DNA of 64,000 nucleotides from Candidatus Hydrogenedentota bacterium (GCA_034669905.1 JAXMOL010000016.1:78358-142357), one strand, 5' to 3'. Numbered from the stretch's first letter, positions 1-9,820 are shown. Translations and numbers: made by a program. The notes: a model not told the origin generated them from the letters alone.

Positions 1-1
1 C

Positions 2-2257
2 ATGGACCGGATTCTGCTCCGTGCTGGTCATGCCATCACCGAAGTTCCAGTTCCACCCCGTAATCTCAAAGTTACCCGGCTCCGTGATATCGAGCAGGGA
101 AGCCTCAAAGGGCGCCGGTCCCATGGGTTGCACATTGTCAATCGCCACCATGGGGGTAACCAGAATGAAATCGGTCTTCGCGGTAGTCGTGTCGCCCTGA
201 CTCGTGGTAACGGTCAGCGCCACCGAATATTGCCCCGGCGTGTAGTCATGGGTCGGATGCTGTTCGTCGCTCACGATACCGTCGCCAAAGTCCCACATCC
301 ACCCGGTTATTTCGAGGGCCCCCGCATCCGTCAGGTCCGTGAAGTTTACGGTCAACGTCCCGGCACCCTGCTGCACATCGGCGCTGAAGTCGACTTCGGG
401 CCCCACCTTGATGAAGTCCGTTTCCGTCACGGTCGTATCACCCAGGGCCGTCGTCACCCGCAGTGACACCGTATAGGTGCCAATATTCTGGTAGGTGTGG
501 CTCGGATTCTGTGCGGTGCTGTTCATTCCATCACCGAAATCCCAAAACCAGGAAAGTATATTGAGATTACCCGCATCCGTCTGGTCCGTGAAATTCACGT
601 CCAGCGTGCCCTGGCCCGTCGTCGCACTGGCACCGATGGCTACCACGGGGTCCACACGCACCAGCCCGCCCTTGACGGCCCGCGTCCCCCCGTTTTCGGT
701 CGTCGTCTCGAGCGAGACGGTATAGACCCCCGGCGTGGCGTAGGTATAGACAGGGCTCTGTTCTTCGCTGGTGCCCCCGTCGCCAAAGTCCCAGGCCCAG
801 GCCGAAATCTCGAAACTACCTGCGGCCGTCTCGTCGGTGAAGGTCACTTCCAAAGGCGGCGCACCGGTGACCGGATCCGCACTGAATGCCGTGGTGGGCG
901 AAACGGTGATGTAGCCCGCCTCGGTCGCCACGCTGTCGCCGAGATCCGTCGTGACGGTCAGGCGCACATCATAAACCCCCGGCTCCGTGTAGGTATGCTC
1001 CGGATTCTGCTCCGTGCTCATACCCCCGTCACCAAATTCCCACGCCCAGGCCGTAATCTCGAAATCCCCCGTTGAAGACTGGTCCACAAACTGGACCCTG
1101 AGGGTACCTTCACCGCGGGTCTGATTGCCGGAAAAGGCAACGCCGGGCAGCACCGTAATATAATCGGTCTGCTCCAGGGTATCGGAGCCCACAGGCGTCG
1201 TCACCTTGAGAGACACGGTGTAGACCCCCGGCACATTATAGACCCGGGTTGGATTCTGCCGGGTACTGAGTAAGCCCCCATCACCAAAATCCCAGAGTCG
1301 ATTGGATATCGCCATCGAACCGGCCGAAGACTGATCCGTAAAGACCACCGACAGGGGGGCCGCTCCCATAAGGGGCGCGCCCGAGAAAGCCGCCGTCGGT
1401 CCTTCTTCCACCACGATCAGGTTTTCCCGCAAGACCGTGTCGGAACCCACTTCGGTCTCAATGGTCAGAGAAACCGAATAGACACCGGGGGTGGCATAGA
1501 CATAGGTCGGGTTTTGCTCCGTGGACATGCCGCCGTCCCCGAAATCCCAGGCCCAGCCCGTGATGGCCGCGGTGCCCGCATCCGACGTGTCGGTAAAGGT
1601 TACGCTGAGGGGCGCCGTTCCGGGGGCGTAGTTGCTCTCGAAATCGGCCACCGGATTGCCCGCCACGTTGATGTACTGGACCAACTCCAGGCTATCCGTG
1701 CCCACCGAAGTGGTCACCGTAAGTGACACCGTGTAGAGCCCCGGCGCGTCATAGACATGAACGGGATTCTGCTCGGCACTCGTGGGGCTTCGGTCCCCGA
1801 AATTCCATTGCCAGTCGATTATCTCGGAAGAACCTGGCTCCGACAGGTCACGAAAGTTCACCGTCAACGGCGCGTTGCCCAGCACTGGTGTGGCCTCAAA
1901 GGCCGCGGTCGGTGGCTCGACCACCTCTATATAGTCGCGCCGGAGTGCCGTGTGGGTGCCCACGCTGGTCGTGACCGTCAACGAAACGGTATACGTGCCC
2001 GGCATGGTGTAAACATGACTCGGATTCCGTGAGGTGGAGCTACTGCCGTCCCCAAAGTCCCACTGCCACTCGGCAATGTTCGCCGTACCGGCCTCAGACG
2101 CGTCCACAAAGAGCACGGTCAACGGGGCCTCCCCCGTGGTGGGTGACCCCTCAAAGGCACTCTCCGGCGACGCCAGAAAGGGATTTAACAACGGACAACC
2201 ACATAGGCTGACCGCAAGCAGGCAGAGGGCCGAAAATCGAATACTGGTGCGCGTCAT
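2..2257 (-). CDS. PKD-repeat surface lipoprotein, partial (runs off the left edge)
   Basis: Not in the ORF track because it has no stop in the window. Manual translation from ATG 2257 gives MTRTSIRFSALCLLAVSLCGC (lipobox), then nine ~83-aa repeats containing W(D/N)FGDG..ST..NP.H.Y..PG.YTVSLTV at ~250-nt spacing. The frame was checked at several repeats. Confidence 0.92.
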   Translation of the reverse strand, partial: MTRTSIRFSALCLLAVSLCGCPLLNPFLASPESAFEGSPTTGEAPLTVLFVDASEAGTANIAEWQWDFGDGSSSTSRNPSHVYTMPGTYTVSLTVTTSVGTHTALRRDYIEVVEPPTAAFEATPVLGNAPLTVNFRDLSEPGSSEIIDWQWNFGDRSPTSAEQNPVHVYDAPGLYTVSLTVTTSVGTDSLELVQYINVAGNPVADFESNYAPGTAPLSVTFTDTSDAGTAAITGWAWDFGDGGMSTEQNPTYVYATPGVYSVSLTIETEVGSDTVLRENLIVVEEGPTAAFSGAPLMGAAPLSVVFTDQSSAGSMAISNRLWDFGDGGLLSTRQNPTRVYNVPGVYTVSLKVTTPVGSDTLEQTDYITVLPGVAFSGNQTRGEGTLRVQFVDQSSTGDFEITAWAWEFGDGGMSTEQNPEHTYTEPGVYDVRLTVTTDLGDSVATEAGYITVSPTTAFSADPVTGAPPLEVTFTDETAAGSFEISAWAWDFGDGGTSEEQSPVYTYATPGVYTVSLETTTENGGTRAVKGGLVRVDPVVAIGASATTGQGTLDVNFTDQTDAGNLNILSWFWDFGDGMNSTAQNPSHTYQNIGTYTVSLRVTTALGDTTVTETDFIKVGPEVDFSADVQQGAGTLTVNFTDLTDAGALEITGWMWDFGDGIVSDEQHPTHDYTPGQYSVALTVTTSQGDTTTAKTDFILVTPMVAIDNVQPMGPAPFEASLLDITEPGNFEITGWNWNFGDGMTSTEQNPVH

Positions 2258-2502
2258 GGGACTCCAATTCAGTTCTTCATTGAATCTGCACGGTAGAGCA
2301 TACTATAGAAAACCTGCCCAAAAGAATAAAGTTCTCCCCTCGGAGCCCCATCCGTCGGGGCGGCCATGCGAAAGGGGAATGACGGCAATTAGGACGAAAA
2401 CGGATTAGGTGGTACACTGTGGGGAAGGGCGACGTGAAGCGCCTCCCTTCCCTTAGAATCTCAAAAACACCCCTCTGGGGGAAAAGGTACAAGGGAATTC
2501 TT

Positions 2503-2697
2503 ATGTCCTACAATGCACATACCGCCGATCAGTCCAATCTCGCGGACTGGTCCTTTTTTCTTCCCTGGGAAGAAGATGAAATTCTGGCCACGTATATTAT
2601 TCCCCATGTCGAAACGGTGGCCCGTGCCCATCAGTGGCTCTGGCATGAGGGCCGTTGCTACTTCGGTCAGATCCCGCAGGGCGGCGACCCTAGCTGA
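2503..2697 (+). CDS. small hypothetical protein (64 aa)
   Basis: ATG 2503 preceded by AAGGGA. Fills an otherwise empty gap. No recognisable family. Confidence 0.35.
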   Translation: MSYNAHTADQSNLADWSFFLPWEEDEILATYIIPHVETVARAHQWLWHEGRCYFGQIPQGGDPS

Positions 2698-3526
2698 AAT
2701 GGGGCTGGTTAGGCGGTGAAGGGGGAACTCCCGCGCGCAGATTCCGCTCATAGGCCACGGAGCAATAGATCTTGTCACCCAACGCCTGGCTGAGCGGATC
2801 GGCATCTTCACTGCAAAATCCGAGATGGGAATGGCGACGCCATCCTTCCGCATGTTCAAAGACGGTGCTCCACCGACCCACTTCCGCCGACATGGCGTCC
2901 ATGGTGTCCAGATAGGAATCCAGCCCCTGGGTCTTGTCGAGCCATTCTTTCTGACTGCGGTGACAGGCGAGGGCATCCCGCTTTTCCTGTAACACCGAGC
3001 CCACATCGACAAACTGCCCTGGTTGCACATAACGGCGCATCCCATCGCGAAGCCCGTAGGGCAAGGCATGGTAGATGGTCACATCCTGGGTGGTGGGATT
3101 CCGTGGCGGCGTCGTGAGGAAATTGGGCATCCCTCGGACGAAGGCCCCCGAGACCGCGAGGCGGCTGGAATTCGTATGGTCTTCCATATAGTCTTCCGGC
3201 GAAGGTGCCAGGATAATCGTTGGCCGGGCCACCCGGATGATTCCGGCCGTTTTTCGCAGCAACTCGGTGCTGTACATGATTTCCAGGTCATCCCCAATGG
3301 GATCATGCAGCCGGGCACCAAGCACCCGGGCCGCATTCCGGGCTTCTTCCAGCCGGCGGGCCGCAGTGGCCTGGCGATCTTCTTCCATCGAGCCACAGCA
3401 GCCCGAGGCGAGATTGACCATATGCAACTTGTATCCGGCCTGGCCCAGTAGATAGAGGGTGCCCGCCATCATAAACTCGATATCATCCGGGTGGGCCGCA
3501 ATGGCCAGGGCGACGGGTTGAGACAT
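2690..3526 (-). CDS. PIG-L/LmbE family N-acetylglucosaminyl deacetylase
   Basis: AIAAHPDDIE zinc motif, R..EA..AA..LG helix and a downstream DH motif (DYMEDH). Confidence 0.9.
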   Translation of the reverse strand: MSQPVALAIAAHPDDIEFMMAGTLYLLGQAGYKLHMVNLASGCCGSMEEDRQATAARRLEEARNAARVLGARLHDPIGDDLEIMYSTELLRKTAGIIRVARPTIILAPSPEDYMEDHTNSSRLAVSGAFVRGMPNFLTTPPRNPTTQDVTIYHALPYGLRDGMRRYVQPGQFVDVGSVLQEKRDALACHRSQKEWLDKTQGLDSYLDTMDAMSAEVGRWSTVFEHAEGWRRHSHLGFCSEDADPLSQALGDKIYCSVAYERNLRAGVPPSPPNQPHFS

Positions 3527-3623
3527 GTGAAAACTCCTGCATGCTGTGACGGGTTCTGCGCGAGGTCCCGTTCTTTGGTAGGTATACTGAGGGCTATTAC
3601 CTTATAGGCCAGAACCCGGCTAA

Positions 3624-6600
3624 TCAAGCCTCTTCGGAATCTGACGTCGGTGACGGGTCCGAAAAGTATTTCACCAACGTGATACGTTGACGCCCTTCGC
3701 GGTCCGTATCATAGCCGATGTGATCGAAACTCCGATTCATGATGTAGAGCCCGTAGCCGCCTTCGCGAAAGCTGCCGGCATAGGGCAATTGGACGGCCCG
3801 GGGCAAGAAGGGTACACCGGTGTGACAGATCCCGATGTGCAGGCGATTTCGGACGCACAAGAGTTCCAGGGTAATCGGATCGCCCTGCCCATCGGCATGA
3901 CGCATCGCATTGGACAAGGCCTCCACAAAGGCGAGAAGAATTCCGCTGACATCACCGTCACGATGGAGCAAGTGGGCATTGACCTTCAGGTAATCGGTCA
4001 GTAGCGTGCGGGCTTCTGACAGGGCGGATACCTCATGACCGATTTCGGCGCGAAACGACGTGCCCTGACACGCCGGATTCATGGCGATTTTCACCGCCAC
4101 CCCGGTCTGATCGTCTTCCGGCGTCTTCGCCCCCGAGAAACGCCCTACCGTCCAGATGACCCGCTCGGTCAAGGCCTCGGCATCCAGATTGGCGTAGGTC
4201 TTTATACACTGAATCAATCGCTCCACACCAAACATGGAGCCATCGCTGTTCCGGGTTTCGGTAATGCCATCCGAATAAAAAAAGAACAAGTCCCCGGGGG
4301 CCATATCCGCCTCGAGCTCCACATAGTCTTCCTCCGCCACAAAGCCCATGGGCACATTCTCCCCCGCCAATAACGTCACCTCATCTTCCACCAGTCGATA
4401 ACGAATGGTCTTGGTGTGCCCACAATCGACATAGCTGACACGCGAACGCTCCAGGTCAAAACGGGCATAACATAGCGTGAGGAAGCGCTCCAGTTCGATG
4501 AGTTGGCGCACGATCCCCTCGTGCACCGCCGTCACCAGATCCTTGGGAGAGGGGTTCCTCCCATCGGAACGGGCCGACAATTGGGTCGTGTGCGCCTGGA
4601 GGAAATGGCTCTTGGCGCCAGCGCCCACCAGCGCCGCCAGAATCCCCTTTCCCATGACGTCGCCCACCAGCACGTCAAAACAGCGGGGTCCCAGCCGTAC
4701 AAAGTCCGCGAAGTCCCCGTCCATGTGTAGCGTCGCCTCACTGGAAACGGCAATATCGACGCCCTCAATCGTCGTCGGCGGACGGCCGCGCAGCAGGGTC
4801 TCTTCGATACGGGTTTCGATTTCTCGTTCGTAGTTGTGCGCTTCTTCCAACGCCTGGTCGGAAGCCTTACGGGCCGAAATATCTTCGACAATCGACCAGA
4901 TGTATTCATCCCCGTCTGAACCTACGACCAGGCTGCCATTCAATAGCACCGGTATCCGTCGTCCGCTCTTGTGGATGTATTCCTTTTCGTAGGGACCATA
5001 GCGCCCCGTCTCCCGCATGGAACGCAGTTGCTCCGCTTCCTGCTCGGCAAATTCTTCCGGCGTCACATCCCAATAGGTCAGGACTTGGGCTTCGTCTTCG
5101 GTGTAACCGATGATATTCAAATACGCATCGTTTGCCTGCAAATAGGTGCCATCCATCTGGCACAACACGAAGCCCAAGGGGGCCTCTTCGAACATGAGAC
5201 GAAACATGTCCTGAGAAAAGCGCAGGGCTTCTTCGGTCTTTTTCAGCCGCGTTATGTCCAGGTGCGTACCCGTGGCACGGGCGGCCCGGCCTGGTTCACT
5301 CCAGTCAACAACCTTGCCCCGGTTCAAGATCCAGAACCAATCCCCTGACTTGGATCGCATCCGATATTCCATCTCAAAGATGGGCAAGTCGCCCTTGAGA
5401 AAAGAACGCAACACGGGCTGGGCCTCGTTGAAATCGTCTGGATGGATGAGCCGTTGCCAGGCAATGGGAGTGCCCTCGATCTCTTCCAGGGAATAGCCCA
5501 ACATCATCGCCCACCGCGCATTGAAGACCACCTTCTTGTCCGTCAGGTCCCAATCCCACAGCCCCAGGCCACCGCCATCCAGCGCAAGCTCCAGGCGTTC
5601 TTCTGACGCCCGAAGCTGGGCCTCGATTCGAGCCCGCTCAATGGCCGCCCCCAAGGCCAGCGCCGCCGTGCGCAGGGCATCCACCTCGGATTGGGGCCAG
5701 CGACGGGGGCCATCGCACACGTCAATCCCCAGAAATCCCCACCATTCCGTTTGCACAAACACCGGCAACACAATGGTACTCGTGGTACCCCGGGCCACAA
5801 GGTGACGCCGCTCCACTTTGGGAAAGGAGCGCACGTTGCCCACGATCACGTCGCCGCGATGAAGCAGCTCCTCCCAGCGCTGAAGTCCGGCATCCCGATA
5901 CGAAACTTCGGTCCAGGAAATCTTGTGAGTCCGGACCCTATCGGGCGCCTCCCAGAAATAATCCTCCACGGCATAGCGATTTCCCGCGTCATCGTGCGCA
6001 TTTCGACACAGATACACCCGGCTGGTCTTCGTTGCATTGCCCAGGGCCGCCAGAATTTCAGATACCGCCCCAAACCCTTCGCTCAGGGCAAGCAAATGGC
6101 GCGCCGCATAGGCCAGGGACCCCAGAATGGCGTCCCGCCGCCAGAGTTCCTCCTCGGTCTGAATACGACTCTGCAGCTCCTGCCGCGCGGCCGACAAGTC
6201 CAGTTCCGTGCGGGCGCTCTGCATCAGGATGGCCATCAAAGGACGTGTCGCGATCTCATAGGCCTGACGCCGTCCCTCCCAGAAGACATACAAGGTAAGC
6301 AAGGGAGCCACCAGGAGGGACAGGAATAGTCGACTGAGCAGACTACCCTGCAGAATCCCGGCATATTCTGGCTGTCCCCCAAAAGCCCCGCTTGCATAGA
6401 TGACCGTATCCAGGGACAAGGCTACCCAAAGGCAAACGAAAATTCGAACGATCAGAAGCGTTGATCGGGCGTAACGGTTGCAGAGTTCCCACAACATGGC
6501 GAGACAAAGAAAGTCTATCAGCAATGCCGCAGTGGAGACGAGGTAGGCATGGGGTGGACCTACGATGATGCGCTCGGCCAAAGGCGGGTCGATGATGGAC

Positions 6601-6941
6601 AACTGATAACGAAACAGATAGGCGAGCCCTGGCCCCAGCACCGAGACGGCCAGCACGGTGTAAATACCCAATTGGGTAGCCTTTACCCCGTCAAAGGTAT
6701 AGAGCAGGAAAATACCCAACAAGATGGACGTGAGGAATACGACGGAGCCCAGATGAAAGGTCAGGCCCGCAACACGGTAGAAAATTCCCGCGTCGGCCGT
6801 CCAGCGAAGGGCAGAAGTCAGCACCCCCAGAATGACGTAATAGGGTACGAGCGTATACCGCCGTCGCGCCGCGTGCACGGCAAAGACGATGAAGTAGACG
6901 ATAATGGCTTCCAGTACCAGGAGCAGGAGCCCTGTCGACAT
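3624..6941 (-). CDS. membrane sensor phosphatase: multi-TM input, GAF, 2x PAS, PP2C/SpoIIE, RsbW-like HATPase
   Basis: Hydrophobic N-terminal ~225 aa. GAF (WWGFLGIDVC..RRWPQSEVDAL) and PAS/PAC motifs (IHPDD, EYRMRSKSGDWFW, DIT). PP2C motifs DGDFAD, GDVMGKG, YSDGITE, EDDQT. C-terminal EALSNAMRH and GGYGLYIM. Start chosen at ATG 6941 with upstream GGAAGGA. Confidence 0.9.
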   Translation of the reverse strand: MSTGLLLLVLEAIIVYFIVFAVHAARRRYTLVPYYVILGVLTSALRWTADAGIFYRVAGLTFHLGSVVFLTSILLGIFLLYTFDGVKATQLGIYTVLAVSVLGPGLAYLFRYQLSIIDPPLAERIIVGPPHAYLVSTAALLIDFLCLAMLWELCNRYARSTLLIVRIFVCLWVALSLDTVIYASGAFGGQPEYAGILQGSLLSRLFLSLLVAPLLTLYVFWEGRRQAYEIATRPLMAILMQSARTELDLSAARQELQSRIQTEEELWRRDAILGSLAYAARHLLALSEGFGAVSEILAALGNATKTSRVYLCRNAHDDAGNRYAVEDYFWEAPDRVRTHKISWTEVSYRDAGLQRWEELLHRGDVIVGNVRSFPKVERRHLVARGTTSTIVLPVFVQTEWWGFLGIDVCDGPRRWPQSEVDALRTAALALGAAIERARIEAQLRASEERLELALDGGGLGLWDWDLTDKKVVFNARWAMMLGYSLEEIEGTPIAWQRLIHPDDFNEAQPVLRSFLKGDLPIFEMEYRMRSKSGDWFWILNRGKVVDWSEPGRAARATGTHLDITRLKKTEEALRFSQDMFRLMFEEAPLGFVLCQMDGTYLQANDAYLNIIGYTEDEAQVLTYWDVTPEEFAEQEAEQLRSMRETGRYGPYEKEYIHKSGRRIPVLLNGSLVVGSDGDEYIWSIVEDISARKASDQALEEAHNYEREIETRIEETLLRGRPPTTIEGVDIAVSSEATLHMDGDFADFVRLGPRCFDVLVGDVMGKGILAALVGAGAKSHFLQAHTTQLSARSDGRNPSPKDLVTAVHEGIVRQLIELERFLTLCYARFDLERSRVSYVDCGHTKTIRYRLVEDEVTLLAGENVPMGFVAEEDYVELEADMAPGDLFFFYSDGITETRNSDGSMFGVERLIQCIKTYANLDAEALTERVIWTVGRFSGAKTPEDDQTGVAVKIAMNPACQGTSFRAEIGHEVSALSEARTLLTDYLKVNAHLLHRDGDVSGILLAFVEALSNAMRHADGQGDPITLELLCVRNRLHIGICHTGVPFLPRAVQLPYAGSFREGGYGLYIMNRSFDHIGYDTDREGRQRITLVKYFSDPSPTSDSEEA

Positions 6942-7122
6942 GCCGTCCTTCCTCTCAGGTACCTGGACGCAGGCACCGCCCCACGTCACCTACAGGCGTT
7001 ACGCATGGGTCTAGCATACGACGCACGACGGCCCACACGCAACGCCCGGCAACGAAATCGCGGGCCAACGTCGATGAGACGTTGGCCCGCGAAATTAACG
7101 TACTGGTGACGGTTCGTCGTGC

Positions 7123-7929
7123 CTAGACGACGCCAGAACGCTTCCGGAGTGCCAGGAACGCCGTGCCCATACCCAGGAGTACCATCGTGGCCGGCTCAGG
7201 GATGGGCGCCTGCGGGTTCGGGTCCGGAGGCGTACCCATCGGTTTCCCGATAAAGGCGTCCGATTGACCACCTGCGCCGATGCTGCGAATGTGCAGCCCC
7301 ACACGGAAATCCGCGCCAAAGTCATTCCCGGGCGGCGGGGTCACGGCAGCAAGGAAATCGGCCGGACTGACTAGCAGGTCATAAGCCAGAATCAAATTCT
7401 CACCCGCATTCAGCCCCGTGCTGTTGTTGCCGGTAAGCCCGGCGCTCAGCGCAGGATTGGCCGTAAATACCGGATCGAGCGCGTTCCCGGAAGGAAGATT
7501 CCCGGGACTTACGCCGCCAATGGCAAAGTCCACATCGCCTGGATTCGCTTCCAGCACGCCAAAGACGGTGCCGTTCTCAATAACGCGGGTCGCGGCGTCC
7601 ACATAGGAGCCCCGCTCTTTCACGCCACCTTCATCAAAGTAGATCTCGGCAATCGAAGAAGACGAACTGGAGCGGTTGACAAATTCGAAATACACCGTGC
7701 TCTCATCCGCACTCAACGAAATCGCCAGCACAATATCCAGCGTGTCCAAATCCGCCTGCGTCGAGTTGGGCAGACCGCCCGCATCATTCACGCAGAACCC
7801 CATGAAAATTGCACTACTCGTATCCGTTAGAAAATCATCCAACGTAATATGCGAGGCACTGGCTGTACCGCACACGGCAAGCGCCGCGAATACCAGTCCC
7901 TTCAACGCGTTTCCCAACCCTGATTTCAT
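7123..7929 (-). CDS. PEP-CTERM sorting domain protein
   Basis: N-terminal signal peptide (MKSGLGNALKGLVFAALAVCGTASA). C-terminal IPEPATMVLLGMGTAFLALRKR = PEP motif + TM helix + basic tail. Confidence 0.93.
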   Translation of the reverse strand: MKSGLGNALKGLVFAALAVCGTASASHITLDDFLTDTSSAIFMGFCVNDAGGLPNSTQADLDTLDIVLAISLSADESTVYFEFVNRSSSSSSIAEIYFDEGGVKERGSYVDAATRVIENGTVFGVLEANPGDVDFAIGGVSPGNLPSGNALDPVFTANPALSAGLTGNNSTGLNAGENLILAYDLLVSPADFLAAVTPPPGNDFGADFRVGLHIRSIGAGGQSDAFIGKPMGTPPDPNPQAPIPEPATMVLLGMGTAFLALRKRSGVV

Positions 7930-8035
7930 CACACACGGTTCCTTTCTGTTACCGGACGCCACCATTTTGCGCCCTCAATGCCCTGCCCCCCCTGCCGAAT
8001 CCCATACGGACGGGGATAACTGAGAACTTTAATAA

Positions 8036-8050
8036 GCATTAATCATGCCA
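8036..8050 (-). promoter_or_regulatory. sigma-54 (-24/-12) promoter of the PEP-CTERM gene
   Basis: Minus strand reads TGGCATGATTAATGC (GG-N10-GC), ~107 nt upstream of the ATG. Confidence 0.7.
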
Positions 8051-8362
8051 CCGGATTACTACCCCCAACCCCCAGTCGTACTTCCGTTAACGTGACCCGA
8101 AGCGCCCATTCTCCGCTGAATTTCCCCCAGCCCCCTCGAAAACGAAACGGTATACATCCATGTGTTATCGGGCATACCGTGTAAATTTCCCCACCACCCA
8201 CCGTAATATCCCCCACCACAGCCCAAACCATCCGCATCACGCCACGCCCCACGTGAACTTCCCGCACCACGAGCACGGCCCCAATCCGCGCAAAATATGG
8301 TCAGAAATGACAATTTTTTTCGCACAATATCTACCGCCGGGTAGGCCAATCCACCGAAGGGC

Positions 8363-8398
8363 AAAAAAAAGAGACCGAAACAGGACGTTTCGGTCTCT
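8363..8398 (-). terminator. intrinsic terminator downstream of tRNA-Ala
   Basis: Stem AGAGACCGAAAC/GTTTCGGTCTCT followed by a T-run on the minus strand. Confidence 0.85.
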
Positions 8399-8405
8399 AG
8401 AAGTT

Positions 8406-8481
8406 TGGTGGAGGTAAGCGGGATCGAACCGCTGACCTCATGACTGCCAGTCATGCGCTCTACCAACTGAGCTATACCCCC
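8406..8481 (-). tRNA. tRNA-Ala (GGC)
   Basis: 76-nt cloverleaf GGGGGTATAGCTCAGTTGGTAGAGCG...CATGA-CT-GGC-AG-TCATG...GGTTCGATCC...TACCTCCACCA. Has the G3:U70 alanine identity pair and an encoded CCA. Confidence 0.98.
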
Positions 8482-8623
8482 CAAAAACAGGCACACACAG
8501 CCTTGGCTGAATGTGAGCACATTATAAAAAAACTTTCGGGGGCATGTCAAGCGTTGGACGGAATTTTTCGACTAAATCTCTGACCAAAACCCGTTGATTG
8601 TCCCGGATTGGGGCACCTTCACG

Positions 8624-9820
8624 TCATCGTGCCGGATTTTCGTACCACACCACCCCGAGCAATTCCCGTTCTTCACAGGTGAGTACGTCCAGGTCACCGT
8701 CCCCATCAAAATCGTGCAGGACCACCAGGTCATATTTGGTGCCGGTCAGACCACCGATCGTTTGGGCGTTCCAGTGGCCCTGCGCATCGGTCTGCAACCA
8801 GAAGACCCCCTGTTTCCCTTCCGCGTTCTCGCAGGAAATGACGAGGTCGTCCACGCCATCGAGATCCAGATCCCCCGTGGCAATCCCCTTCCCCGTGCCC
8901 ACGTCGGCGGGCATGGCTATCTCGGTCACTTCCCAGGTCGCAGGATCCTGCCGGGCAAAACGAAGTATGCCGCCATCCCGGGTCGTGCACCACCCACGGC
9001 GGGGCGCTCCGGAATCCTCCACCTCCATATGGAGAAACATAACCTCCCGTCCGGCACCCCCGATTTCGTGGTCACGCCACCGTGCGCTAAGTGCTTGCGC
9101 GTCGTGGCCGGGATGTTCGAGCCATCCCATCTTGCGCTGCGCCCCCCGGCGGTCGGTGTAGACGATGTCCTGCAGGCCGTCGCCGTTCATATCGTGCAGT
9201 TCGAGGGACATAATCCACGCGGCATCGCGGATGGGATGCCACTGCCACGCCGCCAGGTCGCGGGGTGTTGCAGGGGCTTCAAACCAGCCAATGGCGGCCC
9301 CGTCTCCCTTGGCGCCCGCGACAAGGTCGAGGCGGCCATCGCCGTTCACATCGAAGGGCACGCTGAACATCCACTTCGCACGGTTCGCCGCGGCCGGCAG
9401 CGCTTCGGTCGTCCACGCCGCGCCGTCCTGCATCCTGGCCTTTTCCACCGGCGCCCAGTGAAACCAGATCTGTTGGGTCTTCCCTTCGCTGCAACTCACC
9501 ACATCGACCGCGCCGTCCCCATCCATATCGCCCATGACGGCATCCTCCGGCGAGCCCACGGAACCCACCACAATCTGTGGCCAGGGGGCCTTGGCCTTTT
9601 CGGTGCCGGGATTGAGGTAGACCCGGATGGAGCCCCCTTCTTCCCAGCCCGTGGCGATGTCGGGCAAGCCGTCGCCATTCATGTCGGCAAGGCGGACGCC
9701 ATCGGCCCCTTCGGAGCCGTTGTCGATGGTATGCATGGGCCACGGTGTGCCGGTGGGCTCGGTGGGGAGAGGAATTTCGGTGGCCCCGAGGGAAACGAGG
9801 ATAACTAGGGTCAACAACAT
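8624..9820 (-). CDS. secreted FG-GAP/VCBS repeat beta-propeller protein
   Basis: Signal peptide and repeated D(M/V/L/F)(N/D)GDG..D motifs, ending WYENP. Confidence 0.88.
   Translation of the reverse strand: MLLTLVILVSLGATEIPLPTEPTGTPWPMHTIDNGSEGADGVRLADMNGDGLPDIATGWEEGGSIRVYLNPGTEKAKAPWPQIVVGSVGSPEDAVMGDMDGDGAVDVVSCSEGKTQQIWFHWAPVEKARMQDGAAWTTEALPAAANRAKWMFSVPFDVNGDGRLDLVAGAKGDGAAIGWFEAPATPRDLAAWQWHPIRDAAWIMSLELHDMNGDGLQDIVYTDRRGAQRKMGWLEHPGHDAQALSARWRDHEIGGAGREVMFLHMEVEDSGAPRRGWCTTRDGGILRFARQDPATWEVTEIAMPADVGTGKGIATGDLDLDGVDDLVISCENAEGKQGVFWLQTDAQGHWNAQTIGGLTGTKYDLVVLHDFDGDGDLDVLTCEERELLGVVWYENPAR

Noticed and set aside
2..2032. Series of plus-strand Arg-rich ORFs
   Set aside because: Antisense shadows of the minus-strand PKD-repeat gene.
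2330..2385. Hairpin-rich segment upstream of the PKD gene as a possible riboswitch
   Set aside because: It can fold, but matches no riboswitch consensus I can recognise; would need an Rfam scan.
8406..8481. tRNA-Ala as an island integration site
   Set aside because: It is followed directly by its terminator; I saw no integrase or duplicated tRNA 3' end in the window.
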